Shown here: piece by piece, positions 40,039 to 50,150 of the stretch
Layout: every line of letters starts with the position of its first letter
Position numbering within the stretch: the first letter of the stretch is position 1
Source of the DNA: an uncultured Spirochaetota bacterium
GTDB taxonomy: Bacteria; Spirochaetota; Brevinematia; Brevinematales; JAOACQ01
DNA: 64,000 nt
Assembly: GCA_963783575.1 (NCBI GenBank)
Contig: CAWAOD010000013.1
Span: 192,001 to 256,000, forward strand
Reading direction: 5' to 3'
The notes under the pieces: generated by a model
What the model was told of the DNA's origin: nothing
The model's database searches: none
The model's input: the letters and a program-made list of their open reading frames with translations, nothing else
Made by a program: the position numbers and the translations under genes

Positions 40039-40443
40039 AATACTAATTAAAGAAGGCTATAAAATAAACTGTAAATAATATTAATCGAAATTTCTAATAG
40101 CAAATCATTTTGCCACTTTTGAAAGCTTATTCACTCATATAGCTATTATACCACTACCAAAAAATCATGTCAAGGGGGGTTAACGATGATTGAAATATTA
40201 AAGCTGATTTATATATTATTCAACCTTAAGCAGGATTAAAATTCACAAATAAATTACTTCCGGAAAAACAATTATTATTTAATAAATATTTAAACCCGGT
40301 AATGTATTTCTTTTAATAGAATTTCTTTTTCTTTGTCATCAATATGAATAAAATCAAATGTTTTTAATAAAAGCTAACTCCCAAATTTGATTTTTGCTAT
40401 AATTTATTTTAATGTATTATATATTAATGGCTGGAGATTTAAT

Positions 40444-40872
40444 ATGAAAGAGATCAGAACTGAAATTTTAATTAAAACAATCACATCAAATGTTTGGAAA
40501 TTTTTTAATGATTTTGAGCATTATCCGGAATGGAATCCTTTTATACATTATATACAAGGTGTAGTATTAACTGGAAAAATAATAAAAATTAAACTAACGC
40601 CTCCGTATGCCAAACAAATGATATTCAGGCCAAAAATATTAAAAATCATCCCAAACAAGGAAATTCGCTGGATAGGTCATTTTATTATACCTGGTTTATT
40701 TGATGGGGAACATATTTTTGAATTTGTTGATAATAAAAATCAAACAACAACTTTTATTCAAAGAGAAATATTTTCTGGAATTTTAGTTCCATTATTAAAA
40801 AAAATGTTGGATGACAACACTAAACGTGGTTTTGAATTAATGAATAAAAAATTGAAAGAAAAATGTGAATAA
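40444..40872 (+). CDS. SRPBCC/polyketide cyclase-like protein
   Basis: DFEHYPEWNPFI, PGLFDGEHIF, GFELMNKKLK; GGAG RBS. Confidence 0.85.
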   Translation: MKEIRTEILIKTITSNVWKFFNDFEHYPEWNPFIHYIQGVVLTGKIIKIKLTPPYAKQMIFRPKILKIIPNKEIRWIGHFIIPGLFDGEHIFEFVDNKNQTTTFIQREIFSGILVPLLKKMLDDNTKRGFELMNKKLKEKCE

Positions 40873-40997
40873 TTTTATTACCGGTGATATCCGTTCGTTT
40901 TTTAGTTAAGGGAACACTCTTTTGAATTTGCCGTTTGATGATTCTAATATTGGGAATACTACAATTTACAAAAAATATTTATGCCTGTTTTGCTATA

Positions 40998-42255
40998 TCA
41001 TCGGCTTAAACTGTGATTCAATGGCATTTCTTTTTTTTTGGCAAGCGGTTGAATGGCTGGATTTTCTTTATCATTTCCAAGTTTAAACGATTTATTAATA
41101 ATCCGGATAGCTTCAATCTTAAAGTTTTCCCAGTATTCATTTTTCTGCGCTTTACTTAAAAATGATGCATAGAGGTTGTTTTTAATTATTTCTATTATAT
41201 CACTGAACTTAAAGCCAAGATGAAGACAAAGATTCATAAGCTCATCCGTCAATTCAACATTGAACAAAACCGGGTCATCGGTATTTATTGTAACTATTAT
41301 TCCTCTTAAAAAATATTCCTTAAGGGGATGGTTTTTTATTTTTTTAACATACTTTCCTGTTATTACATTGCTTGTGGGGCAAATCTCCAGGGGAATTCTG
41401 TTATCCCTTAAATAATCCATCAGAACTTCATCCTTGATTGCGCTTGTTCCATGGCCTATTCTGGATACTCCTAAATCATTAATTGCGCTCCATATGGATT
41501 CGGTCCCACTTCTTCTCGGCATGTGCAACGGTTTTAAGTTTATTTTCCTTGGCTTTTTTAAAGATATGCATATAATCAATGGCAGGGCCGTTTTTCTCGG
41601 ATCCGCCCAATCCGATGCCGATAATCCTTGTTGTTTTTTTGTATTTTTTGATGTAATTTAAAGTATATTCAAGGTTTGCTTCGGCATTTGGAACGCCGAA
41701 CGTGCGTGACACATCGATGATCAATTTGATTGTCCTTCCGTCTTTTTGATAAATGTCATCAAAAGATTTCTCAAGTATCTGAAACATTTTTTCAAAAACG
41801 AGGCCGTTTTTCAAGAATCCTGAAGGAGAAAAGAATAATTCAATATAGTAAATATTATTTCTTTTTATGTAAGCATAGAGGTCTCTTACAAGAAGTTTAA
41901 GGTCTTCCTCTTTTCTGAAGCATGCCTGGAAAAAGAGAAAAAAGTCTATCATTTTCGAAAGGTTATGAATTTCATAAATATTTTTCAGTTCATCAACGGT
42001 TTTAATTTCTGATGATGTGTTATATTTCCTGTTCAGGAAAAAAATTGTTTCAAATGTGACAACAGCTTCCGCATGAATATGTATTTCCGTTTTCGGCATT
42101 AATTTTATCAAATTATAGATTTTATCTTTATTAAGACCGGCATCAATCAATTCATCCACTTTTTTTAGAGATTGAGTGAATTCATTTCTATCCATAACCA
42201 AGAAACTCCTCCTGAAACCCAATAAATGCAGTAGCCAATACGGTAATAAGGCCAT
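40998..42255 (-). CDS. add: Adenosine deaminase, split by indels near 41500-41520
   Basis: PKTEIHIH, IGLGGSE, RIGHG, EICPTSN, INTDDP; restoring two G residues gives HAGEEVGPESIW. Confidence 0.85.
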
Positions 42256-42464
42256 AAAAAGTATTTTAAATATATTTCAGTTTTAACTTTACAAAGTAAT
42301 AATTTACTGTATTATCGAAAATTATGGGGTAAAACTTTAAATTGATTTGGGATTCGGGATAAAATGTAACAATGGCTTTCTGTTTTTTTATTATAAATCA
42401 AATCAAATTAAAATTGGAAAAATCACAACCTTGGTCTTATAATAATGTCTCGGCGGAGGATTGA

Positions 42465-42767
42465 ATGCAGAGGAATGGTCTTATAACGATACTTATAAGT
42501 ATAATAATCTATTCAATAATAGGATATATCCTCATTACTCTTCTTCCGATTTTAATGGTTTTTATAATTATGGGCGCTCTTGTAATGGGCGTAATAATAT
42601 TAATCAGGTATATAAGACAGAATTTTTCAAAAAAAAACATTGAACACAGGGAATTTGACGAGTATGGAAGCCGTAGGATCGAATCAACAATAATTGAAAT
42701 GAAAGAAGCCAGCGATGATAAAGATAAATCAGGGCAAAAAAACGAAACGGAGAAGGAAAATAAATGA
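42465..42767 (+). CDS. Small membrane protein
   Basis: Two hydrophobic helices and a charged tail; GGAGG RBS; overlaps the DUF58 gene. Confidence 0.65.
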   Translation: MQRNGLITILISIIIYSIIGYILITLLPILMVFIIMGALVMGVIILIRYIRQNFSKKNIEHREFDEYGSRRIESTIIEMKEASDDKDKSGQKNETEKENK

Positions 42768-43672
42768 AAGAACAAGAAATACCCATACAGCAGATTATTT
42801 CCAGAGTAAAGCACCTGGAGATCAGGGCAAGAAAACTTGTTCAGGATACCCTCTCCAGCGAATACCACAGTGTTTTTAAGGGAAGGGGAATCGAATTTAA
42901 CGAGGTAAGGAATTATCTTCCCGAAGATGATGTCCGCGATATCGATTGGAATGTGACTGCAAGGATGATCGAACCTTATATAAAAACTTACATTGAAGAA
43001 AGACAGCTGACGGTAATTTTTGCCGTGGACATAAGCGCTTCAAGTTTTTTTGGCAGCGGGAAATCGAAGAGGGAAATGATGGCCGAAGTAACCGCGCTCC
43101 TGGGTTTCGCCTCCTTTTTTAATAACGACAGGGCCGGCTTGATTCTTTTTTCCCAGGATATTGAAAAAGTTATTCCACCGCTTAAGAATTATTCCCACCT
43201 TCTTCGCATAATACGCGACAGCTGGTATTATGAGGCGGTTAACAGAGGAACAAGCCTATCAAGATCGTTTTTGAGTATTTACAGTATGCTGAAAAAAAAG
43301 GCCATAATTTTTATCTTGAGCGATTTTCTTGACGCCGGATATGATAAAGCCCTTTTAGGCCTTTCCAGAAAACATGAAATCATTCCGGTAGTTGTTATGG
43401 ATAGTCTGGAAGAACGGATCGATATTGAGCCGTTGAAAAAAGAGGGGGTATTATCGAAAATTCCGGTTCTCTTTGATATTGAAGATATTGAAACCAATTC
43501 GGTACGTACAGTTGATATGAGTCTTCACAAGTATACCGAAATTCATAAATATCAGGATTATTACCGCAGGTTGTTCAAAAAACTCGGGTCTCGATTATGC
43601 GGAGATAAACAATAAAATCGATTACTTTAAAACTATGGAACTTCTTCTCCGGAGAAGGATGAAAAAAAGATA
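42764..43672 (+). CDS. DUF58 (vWA-like, MoxR-associated) protein; frameshift near the 3' end
   Basis: SVFKGRGIEFNEVRNY..DDVRDIDWNVTAR, VDISAS, LSDF; an extra G at ~43586 shifts the last ~28 codons. Confidence 0.88.
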
Positions 43673-43684
43673 ACGGATATAGCT

Positions 43685-44623
43685 TTACTTTAAATCTTCA
43701 ATATATTTCCTCGCGGTATAAGCTGCTACTGCTCCGTCTCCGACCGCGGTCGATATCTGCCTGAGCGGGGTTTTTCTGCAGTCACCTGCGGCAAAGAGGC
43801 CTTCGATATTTGTTCTCATCATCTCATCCGTGATAATATATCCCCATTCATCTTTTTCTACTTCCTCAAACATTTCCGTACTTGGGTTGAATCCGATATA
43901 GAGGAACATTCCATCAACCTCAATATTGGAAATACTTCCGTCTTTAACATTTCTTAATTTAAGTTTTCTTAATTTATTGTCACCGATAACTTCTTCTACA
44001 ACACTATTCCAGATAAATTCAATCTTTGGATTTTCAAAAGCTCTTTTTTGAAGTAGTTTTTCCGCTCGAAGTTCGTCTCTTCTATGGATAATTATAACCT
44101 TAGAGGCGAATCTTGTCAGAAAAATTCCCTCATCCATAGCGGAATCGCCTCCGCCGATAACGGCGACCTTCTTATCACGGTAAAAAGCGGCATCGCAAGT
44201 TGCGCAGAAAGAAATTCCATGGCCGATAAAATTTTCTTCGCCTTTTATGCCGAGTTTCTTAGGTTTCGACCCTGTGGAGATTATTACACTGCGGGCCTTA
44301 TAAACCGCTTCTTCTGCATGGATTATGAATAACCCGGTACCGGAATCTTTTTCAATTTTTTCTGCGTAATTTAATTCAAATTCCGCTCCGAATTTTCTGG
44401 CCTGTTCTTCCATTTTTTGTGAAAGTTCAAATCCGTTGACGGTATCCGGAAAACCCGGGTAATTTTCTATCAGATTGGTTATAGCCATCTCGCCGCCGGA
44501 GCCGAGCTTTTCTATGACAAGCGTGGATAGAAGCGCCCTTGATCCGTAAATCGCCGCGGTTAACCCGGATGGTCCCGCACCGAGTATAATTAAATCATAA
44601 AAATCCTTCTTATTGCTATCCAT
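43685..44623 (-). CDS. trxB: Thioredoxin-disulfide reductase
   Basis: GAGPSG, ENYPG, CATCD, GGGDSA, FAAGD, TAVGDG. Confidence 0.96.
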   Translation of the reverse strand: MDSNKKDFYDLIILGAGPSGLTAAIYGSRALLSTLVIEKLGSGGEMAITNLIENYPGFPDTVNGFELSQKMEEQARKFGAEFELNYAEKIEKDSGTGLFIIHAEEAVYKARSVIISTGSKPKKLGIKGEENFIGHGISFCATCDAAFYRDKKVAVIGGGDSAMDEGIFLTRFASKVIIIHRRDELRAEKLLQKRAFENPKIEFIWNSVVEEVIGDNKLRKLKLRNVKDGSISNIEVDGMFLYIGFNPSTEMFEEVEKDEWGYIITDEMMRTNIEGLFAAGDCRKTPLRQISTAVGDGAVAAYTARKYIEDLK

Positions 44624-45029
44624 TTTAACTCCTGTAATTTTAATAATTGTTTGCTCCCTTTTAATTATTAATAATAATAAAAGAAAACAAATATTGCAAA
44701 AAATCTATTGCTGGTTTTAACAGTGTTTTTGATAATAACAGCTCAAAGGGATTTTTTATTTTATTTCCCGGAAAATGGGTTTTACAGGATAGTCCATCAC
44801 AATGGGAAATCCGGGAATTGGTATTCTGTTTAAATGGGATATTATATAATTCCGGCCAAAAATGTAAAATACCTATTTACTTTTTTTGATTTTTCGTGTA
44901 AAATAAATGCAATAGTTGAAATATTAACTTGTTATATAGGTATATTTCCGGATAATAATTTATTAAGATATTTCTTTTACTGGATTATAATAACCTATCC
45001 CAACAAAAATGTTTGTGGTATTATTAATG

Positions 45030-45192
45030 CAGAATAACAGGAGACCAACTTGATCCATATCTCATCTTAACTTGGGATGAACTCCAAGGAATTACAACTG
45101 GGTCAAGCAGCCTCCCCTGAGCTAGCTTGCGGTGGGCCGAGCCTGCCCTGAGTTTAACGAAGGGAACCAAAGGGTCACTCTTGTTAAACTGA
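45030..45192 (+). ncRNA. Candidate structured RNA or leader upstream of rtcB
   Basis: Ends pair (TAACAGGAGACC / GGTCACTCTTGTTA); internal stems CTTGATCCA/TGGGTCAAG and TCATCTTAA/TTGGGATGA; TGnTATTAT just upstream. Confidence 0.35.
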
Positions 45193-45233
45193 AATAATAA
45201 TTTATTGATTATTTAAAAATTTTGGAGGACGAA

Positions 45234-46664
45234 ATGCTGCTCAAGAAATTACATAGAGTCAGCGATTATGAATGGCTTATTCCCAGGCAAGATGATATGA
45301 ATGTCGACGGCCTGATCATCGGCAGTCAAGTTCTAGTTGAATCTATGGATGATATGGTATACCAGCAGCTTAAAAATGTCGCTTCATTGCCGGGTATTCT
45401 TGATAAAGCGATAGTCCTTCCTGATGCGCATTCCGGGTACGGTTTTCCTATAGGATGCATTGCCGCTTTTGATAGAAACGACGGGATAATCTGCATGGGC
45501 GGAGTCGGATTTGACATCAATTGCGGAGTGAGAATGGTAACCACAAACCTGATATATCAGGATATAGAAAAAAAAGTCGAATCACTTATAAAGGCTTTTT
45601 ATAAAGTAATACCATGCGGTCTGGGTTCTGTCAGTAAAATAAATCTTTCAAAAAAAGAGATCAGGGAAATACTTGTTGAAGGAGCGCGTTGGGTTATTAA
45701 CAATAAAGGAATGGGTAAGGAAGAGGAATTGGATTATATGGAAGAAGGAGGGGCAATGTCCGGCGCTGATCCGGATTATGTCAGTGATGAAGCGGTTAAA
45801 AGGGAAAAAAATCAGCTTGGGACACTTGGTACTGGTAATCACTACGTGGAACTCCAGATTGTTGATGAAATTTTCGATATAGAAAAAGCCAGGGTCTTCG
45901 GACTGTTTAAAAACCAGGTTGTTGTAACTTTCCACACTGGTTCCAGGGGATTGGGACACCAGGTTGGCATGGATTATCTGCAGATTTTTGCAAATGCAGC
46001 CAGGAAATACAATATTTCTGTTAAAGACCGGGAACTGCTTTATGTTCCGGTTAATTCGGATGAGGGAAAAAGATTCCTTGGAGCGGTCCGGGCGGCGTCA
46101 AATTTTGCTTTTGCCAACCGCCAGGTGATCAGTCATTATATTCATGAAGTATTCAACGATGTAATTAAAGATGTGGACACAAATACGATGTACGACATCG
46201 GCCACAATACAATAAAGGAAGAAACTCATAAAATCGGATCGTCGAAAAAACTGGTTCTTATTCACAGGAAAGGAAGTACCAGGAATTTTTCAGGAAAAAT
46301 GCAGGGCCTGTCTAAACCTTATAAAGTCTCTGGACAGCCTGTTATAGTCGGAGGATCCATGGGCACTGCCAGCTATGTTCTCGTTGGGAAGGAAGAGTCT
46401 ATTGATAAAACATTCGCTTCCACCGTGCATGGCGCGGGAAGGGCCATGTCAAGAAGCGAGGCTAAAAAGGCCTCGGATTTTGAACATCTTGCAAGGGATT
46501 TATCAGATAAAAGCATTTTTTTAAAAACTAAAAGTAAAGACAGCGCTCTTGAAGAAGCGCCATATGCTTACAAGGATATTGAAGAAATTATCCAATCCAT
46601 CACTAAATCCGGCTTGTCCCAGAGAGTAGCCAGAATGAAGCCGATCGGCGTTATGAAAGGATAA
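45234..46664 (+). CDS. rtcB: RNA ligase RtcB
   Basis: PDAHSGYGFPIG, GFDINCG, GTGNHY, HTGSRG, HRKG, HGAGR; GGAGG RBS before ATG 45234. Confidence 0.95.
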   Translation: MLLKKLHRVSDYEWLIPRQDDMNVDGLIIGSQVLVESMDDMVYQQLKNVASLPGILDKAIVLPDAHSGYGFPIGCIAAFDRNDGIICMGGVGFDINCGVRMVTTNLIYQDIEKKVESLIKAFYKVIPCGLGSVSKINLSKKEIREILVEGARWVINNKGMGKEEELDYMEEGGAMSGADPDYVSDEAVKREKNQLGTLGTGNHYVELQIVDEIFDIEKARVFGLFKNQVVVTFHTGSRGLGHQVGMDYLQIFANAARKYNISVKDRELLYVPVNSDEGKRFLGAVRAASNFAFANRQVISHYIHEVFNDVIKDVDTNTMYDIGHNTIKEETHKIGSSKKLVLIHRKGSTRNFSGKMQGLSKPYKVSGQPVIVGGSMGTASYVLVGKEESIDKTFASTVHGAGRAMSRSEAKKASDFEHLARDLSDKSIFLKTKSKDSALEEAPYAYKDIEEIIQSITKSGLSQRVARMKPIGVMKG

Positions 46665-48040
46665 TGAATAAAATGGTAAATTTGAGTTTTATCGAAAAGA
46701 CATTGAATGTTAATGCCGTTCATTCCGGCCTGCCTGAAGGAAAGAAAATCTCAGGGTTTATTATTGATTCAAGAAATGTTTCATCGACGCTTTTAGCAGC
46801 TTACGATTGCTATATCGCAATAAAGGGTGAGAGGTACGACGGCCATGATTTTGTTTTGGACTGCTTCAACAAGGGAGTTCGTTATTTCATAATAAATAAA
46901 GAATATAAAAATAAATTTAAAAAAATGCTTCCGCAAGCTGTCCTGTTCCCTGTTACGGATACGGTCAAGGCTCTCGGAATGCTGGCAAAAAAATATAAGG
47001 AAAACCTGTTTTCGAGTATTTTAGCCATAACGGGAAGTTCGGGGAAGACAACAACAAGGGAACTGGTTGTAAAAATCCTGGAAAGGAAATACAAAATTCA
47101 TACCGCCAAAAAAAATTTTAACAACGATATCGGCCTGCCTTTGACTCTTCTTGAGACTCCTCCGGGGACACATATTACAGTTGTTGAGTTTGGAATGAAC
47201 CATCCAGGGGAGATAGAAAAGCTTTCAAAGATTGCGGAGCCTCTGTGCGTAATAATAACGAACATCGGGTATGCTCATATCGGCAACCTGGGTAGCCTGA
47301 ACGCTATTGCAAATGCCAAAGCCGAGGTATTTTCCGGTATAAACGGGCATGGTTATGTTTTCTTAAACAGGGATGACGATTATTTCGGTTATTTATCGAA
47401 GATATCGCCCGTTGAAGTTATAGATTTCGGGGAATCCGATTTAAAGATCATTAAAGATAAAGTTTTGGATGGATACAGGCTGTCATACCAGGGAATTGAA
47501 TTTGATTTTAATCTTCCGGGCAGTCATAATCTATTAAATTTAGCGGCAGCGCTGAAAACAGGCAGTTTTTATCATGTCGATCCGTATGATATGATTGACT
47601 CCGTTTCATCTTTTATTCCGGTACCGGGAAGAAGTGAAATCATAAAAAATAACATTACCATCATAAATGATTGCTATAATGCGAATCCTTCTTCCATGAA
47701 AGCCGGGTTATCTCTTTTATCAAAATCAAAGGGAAGACGAGTTGCGATACTTGCTGATATGCTGGAACTTGGTAAATTATCAACGGAACTTCATACAATG
47801 ATAGGCGGCTTTATCGGCAGGGAGCATATGGCCGATCTGGTTTACGCTTACGGCGGTGAATCGAAGGCGCTGATTGAAAGCATTAATACTGCGGGAATTG
47901 ATGTCCGATGGTTTCCATCTAAAGAAGAATTAACCGAAAATATTTTGAAAGCCGTTAAAATTGGAGATACAATACTGGTTAAGGCTTCCAATGGAATGAA
48001 ACTCGAAACGGTAGTTGATGCTCTTAAGGAGAAATTCTGA
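46664..48040 (+). CDS. murF: UDP-MurNAc-tripeptide D-Ala-D-Ala ligase
   Basis: AITGSSGKTTT, NFNNDIGLP, EFGMNHPGEI, DCYNANP, DMLELG, LVKAS. Confidence 0.96.
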   Translation: MNKMVNLSFIEKTLNVNAVHSGLPEGKKISGFIIDSRNVSSTLLAAYDCYIAIKGERYDGHDFVLDCFNKGVRYFIINKEYKNKFKKMLPQAVLFPVTDTVKALGMLAKKYKENLFSSILAITGSSGKTTTRELVVKILERKYKIHTAKKNFNNDIGLPLTLLETPPGTHITVVEFGMNHPGEIEKLSKIAEPLCVIITNIGYAHIGNLGSLNAIANAKAEVFSGINGHGYVFLNRDDDYFGYLSKISPVEVIDFGESDLKIIKDKVLDGYRLSYQGIEFDFNLPGSHNLLNLAAALKTGSFYHVDPYDMIDSVSSFIPVPGRSEIIKNNITIINDCYNANPSSMKAGLSLLSKSKGRRVAILADMLELGKLSTELHTMIGGFIGREHMADLVYAYGGESKALIESINTAGIDVRWFPSKEELTENILKAVKIGDTILVKASNGMKLETVVDALKEKF

Positions 48041-50150
48041 CAAGAGGCCGCTGGTTTTTACAAGAGTGAACAATTTTTTCAATATTATATTAAAGAGCCG
48101 TGATTTGAAAGTAATAATAAAATATTTCAAAAGGTTTGCTATTCCTCTGCTTTTATTGTCTTTGTTGATGGTATTTTTGTATCTGCTCAATTTTCTTGCG
48201 ATTAACTGTACAATTCAATTTAAAAATCTGGAAATAAGTTCTATTCTGCCCGACGGTATTTTATCCGGCAAGCATCCGGTAACCCTGCCTTTATCGGAAT
48301 TATCCACAATAACAACCGGTTATATCTATACAGGGAACTTCGATTATCATCCTCTTTCCATAACAAAATTGAGAATTATTCCCGATGATGATTTTCAATA
48401 TATTAAAATCAATGGAAATGAGATATCTCTTGCCGGGATAAGCCCGGGGAGACTTAAGGACTGGAACAGCGGATTTGTTCTGGATATCGGCGGAGCTGTA
48501 AAAAATGGAAATAATACCATTGAAATGAAAATAGGCGATCATGGCGGAAGATATGGTTTAAATATTTTGAATGCTGAATTTTTATTGATCCCGTTAATGC
48601 TGTCAATTCTTATAATTATTTACCTGACTGCCTGTGCTTTGTCAGGTTATATCCTCAGGAAACTTCGCTTTGACTGGATTACGATAGCAATATTTTCAGC
48701 CGGAATTATTGTGCATCTGGTCTTTCTAACTAATACAAAATTTGATCAATACTCATATGATCTGTTTGAAGGCGGGACAGGGCATATTAATTATATTGAA
48801 TATGTTGCAACAAATTACGCGCTGCCGAGGCCGGATATCGGCTGGGCTTATTATCACCCTCCTCTTTATTACATTTCGGCGGCTATTGTTTATAAAATAG
48901 CTGAATTCACAGGTATCAGGAATGTTTATAAAGCTCTTCAATCATTTTCCATGCTGTATTATTTTGGATTTTTGATTTTCGGACTTCTATTCCTCAGAAG
49001 GGTTGTACCGAAAAAGCCGCTTTTTTATCTTTCAGCCGCAATGCTCCTTTTCTGGCCGTCGGGATTTATTCATGCCATCCGGATCGGCAATGACACTGCT
49101 TTTTATTTATTTTTCATGGCAGGTTTATATTTTTCCAACGAGTGGTACCTGTCAGGCCGGATCGATAAACTCTACTGGGCTACAATAATTGCGACTTTAT
49201 GTTTTATCACGAAAACAAACGGGATTGTGCTTTTTGGTATTATAAGCCTGGTTTTACTGGCCGGGCTTTTTAAAGAAGATGATAAATTAAAGTACCTGAA
49301 AAAGACAGTCTGGATTTTTCTCATATTCCTCGCCGGATTTTCAATAGGCAGGTTTGATAATTATTATTACGCACTTAAAGATAAGAACAAAGACTGGATT
49401 TTTGCCGGCTTGATCAATACAACCAGCAACGTTGACGGCAGGCTTTATGTTGAAAACAAACCTTTGAACTATCTATATTTCGACATCCCGGTGTTCTTAA
49501 ACGAACCTTACATCAGTACAAGGGATGATAAGACCGGCAGGCAGTATTTCTGGAACTTTCTTATAAAATCCGGCTTCTTCGGCGAATTTACTTTCCCGCT
49601 TAATTATCATAGAAATATTGCGTTTTATATGAGCCTGACATTTTTGTTTTTAATATTAAACTTTATTACAGGTTCAACTATCTGGGCTTTTTTAAAATTG
49701 AGGAAATCGGAACCTGTCAGGATAAATTATAGATATCCCCTCATTTCCTCATTTGTTTTTAGGAGCAAAGCGGGGAATTTCCGTAAAAGTAGAAATAACT
49801 TGGAATTCATCAGCACTTCTCTACCTCGCAGGCGGCTAAATATAACCGGTGAAATGTCCGTTTATTTTACTGGGTATGATAAAAAGAGGCTCATTCCTTT
49901 TGGTATTGTAATACTGAATCTGTTCATTTTTATCATTTTATTAATATTAAACAGAATAAAAAGTCCGTTATCATGCCTGGCTGATTTCAGGTACGTTTAT
50001 CCTGTGATTATCAGTTTTATCGTTATGAACAGCTTCACAATGGAATATTTTTATGAAAAAAAAATGAGGCTTATCGCAGCTGCCGGATTTATCCTTTCAT
50101 TGATATTTATTATTTTAAGCGGAATGTTTTTTGTTTACGGAACTTATTAA
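48015..50150 (+). CDS. Polytopic GT-C-like (PMT/ArnT-like) glycosyltransferase with N-terminal beta-sandwich domain
   Basis: YD...GHINYI, YHPPLYY, GND, TKTNG; many TM helices. Confidence 0.7.
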   Translation: MMLLRRNSDKRPLVFTRVNNFFNIILKSRDLKVIIKYFKRFAIPLLLLSLLMVFLYLLNFLAINCTIQFKNLEISSILPDGILSGKHPVTLPLSELSTITTGYIYTGNFDYHPLSITKLRIIPDDDFQYIKINGNEISLAGISPGRLKDWNSGFVLDIGGAVKNGNNTIEMKIGDHGGRYGLNILNAEFLLIPLMLSILIIIYLTACALSGYILRKLRFDWITIAIFSAGIIVHLVFLTNTKFDQYSYDLFEGGTGHINYIEYVATNYALPRPDIGWAYYHPPLYYISAAIVYKIAEFTGIRNVYKALQSFSMLYYFGFLIFGLLFLRRVVPKKPLFYLSAAMLLFWPSGFIHAIRIGNDTAFYLFFMAGLYFSNEWYLSGRIDKLYWATIIATLCFITKTNGIVLFGIISLVLLAGLFKEDDKLKYLKKTVWIFLIFLAGFSIGRFDNYYYALKDKNKDWIFAGLINTTSNVDGRLYVENKPLNYLYFDIPVFLNEPYISTRDDKTGRQYFWNFLIKSGFFGEFTFPLNYHRNIAFYMSLTFLFLILNFITGSTIWAFLKLRKSEPVRINYRYPLISSFVFRSKAGNFRKSRNNLEFISTSLPRRRLNITGEMSVYFTGYDKKRLIPFGIVILNLFIFIILLILNRIKSPLSCLADFRYVYPVIISFIVMNSFTMEYFYEKKMRLIAAAGFILSLIFIILSGMFFVYGTY

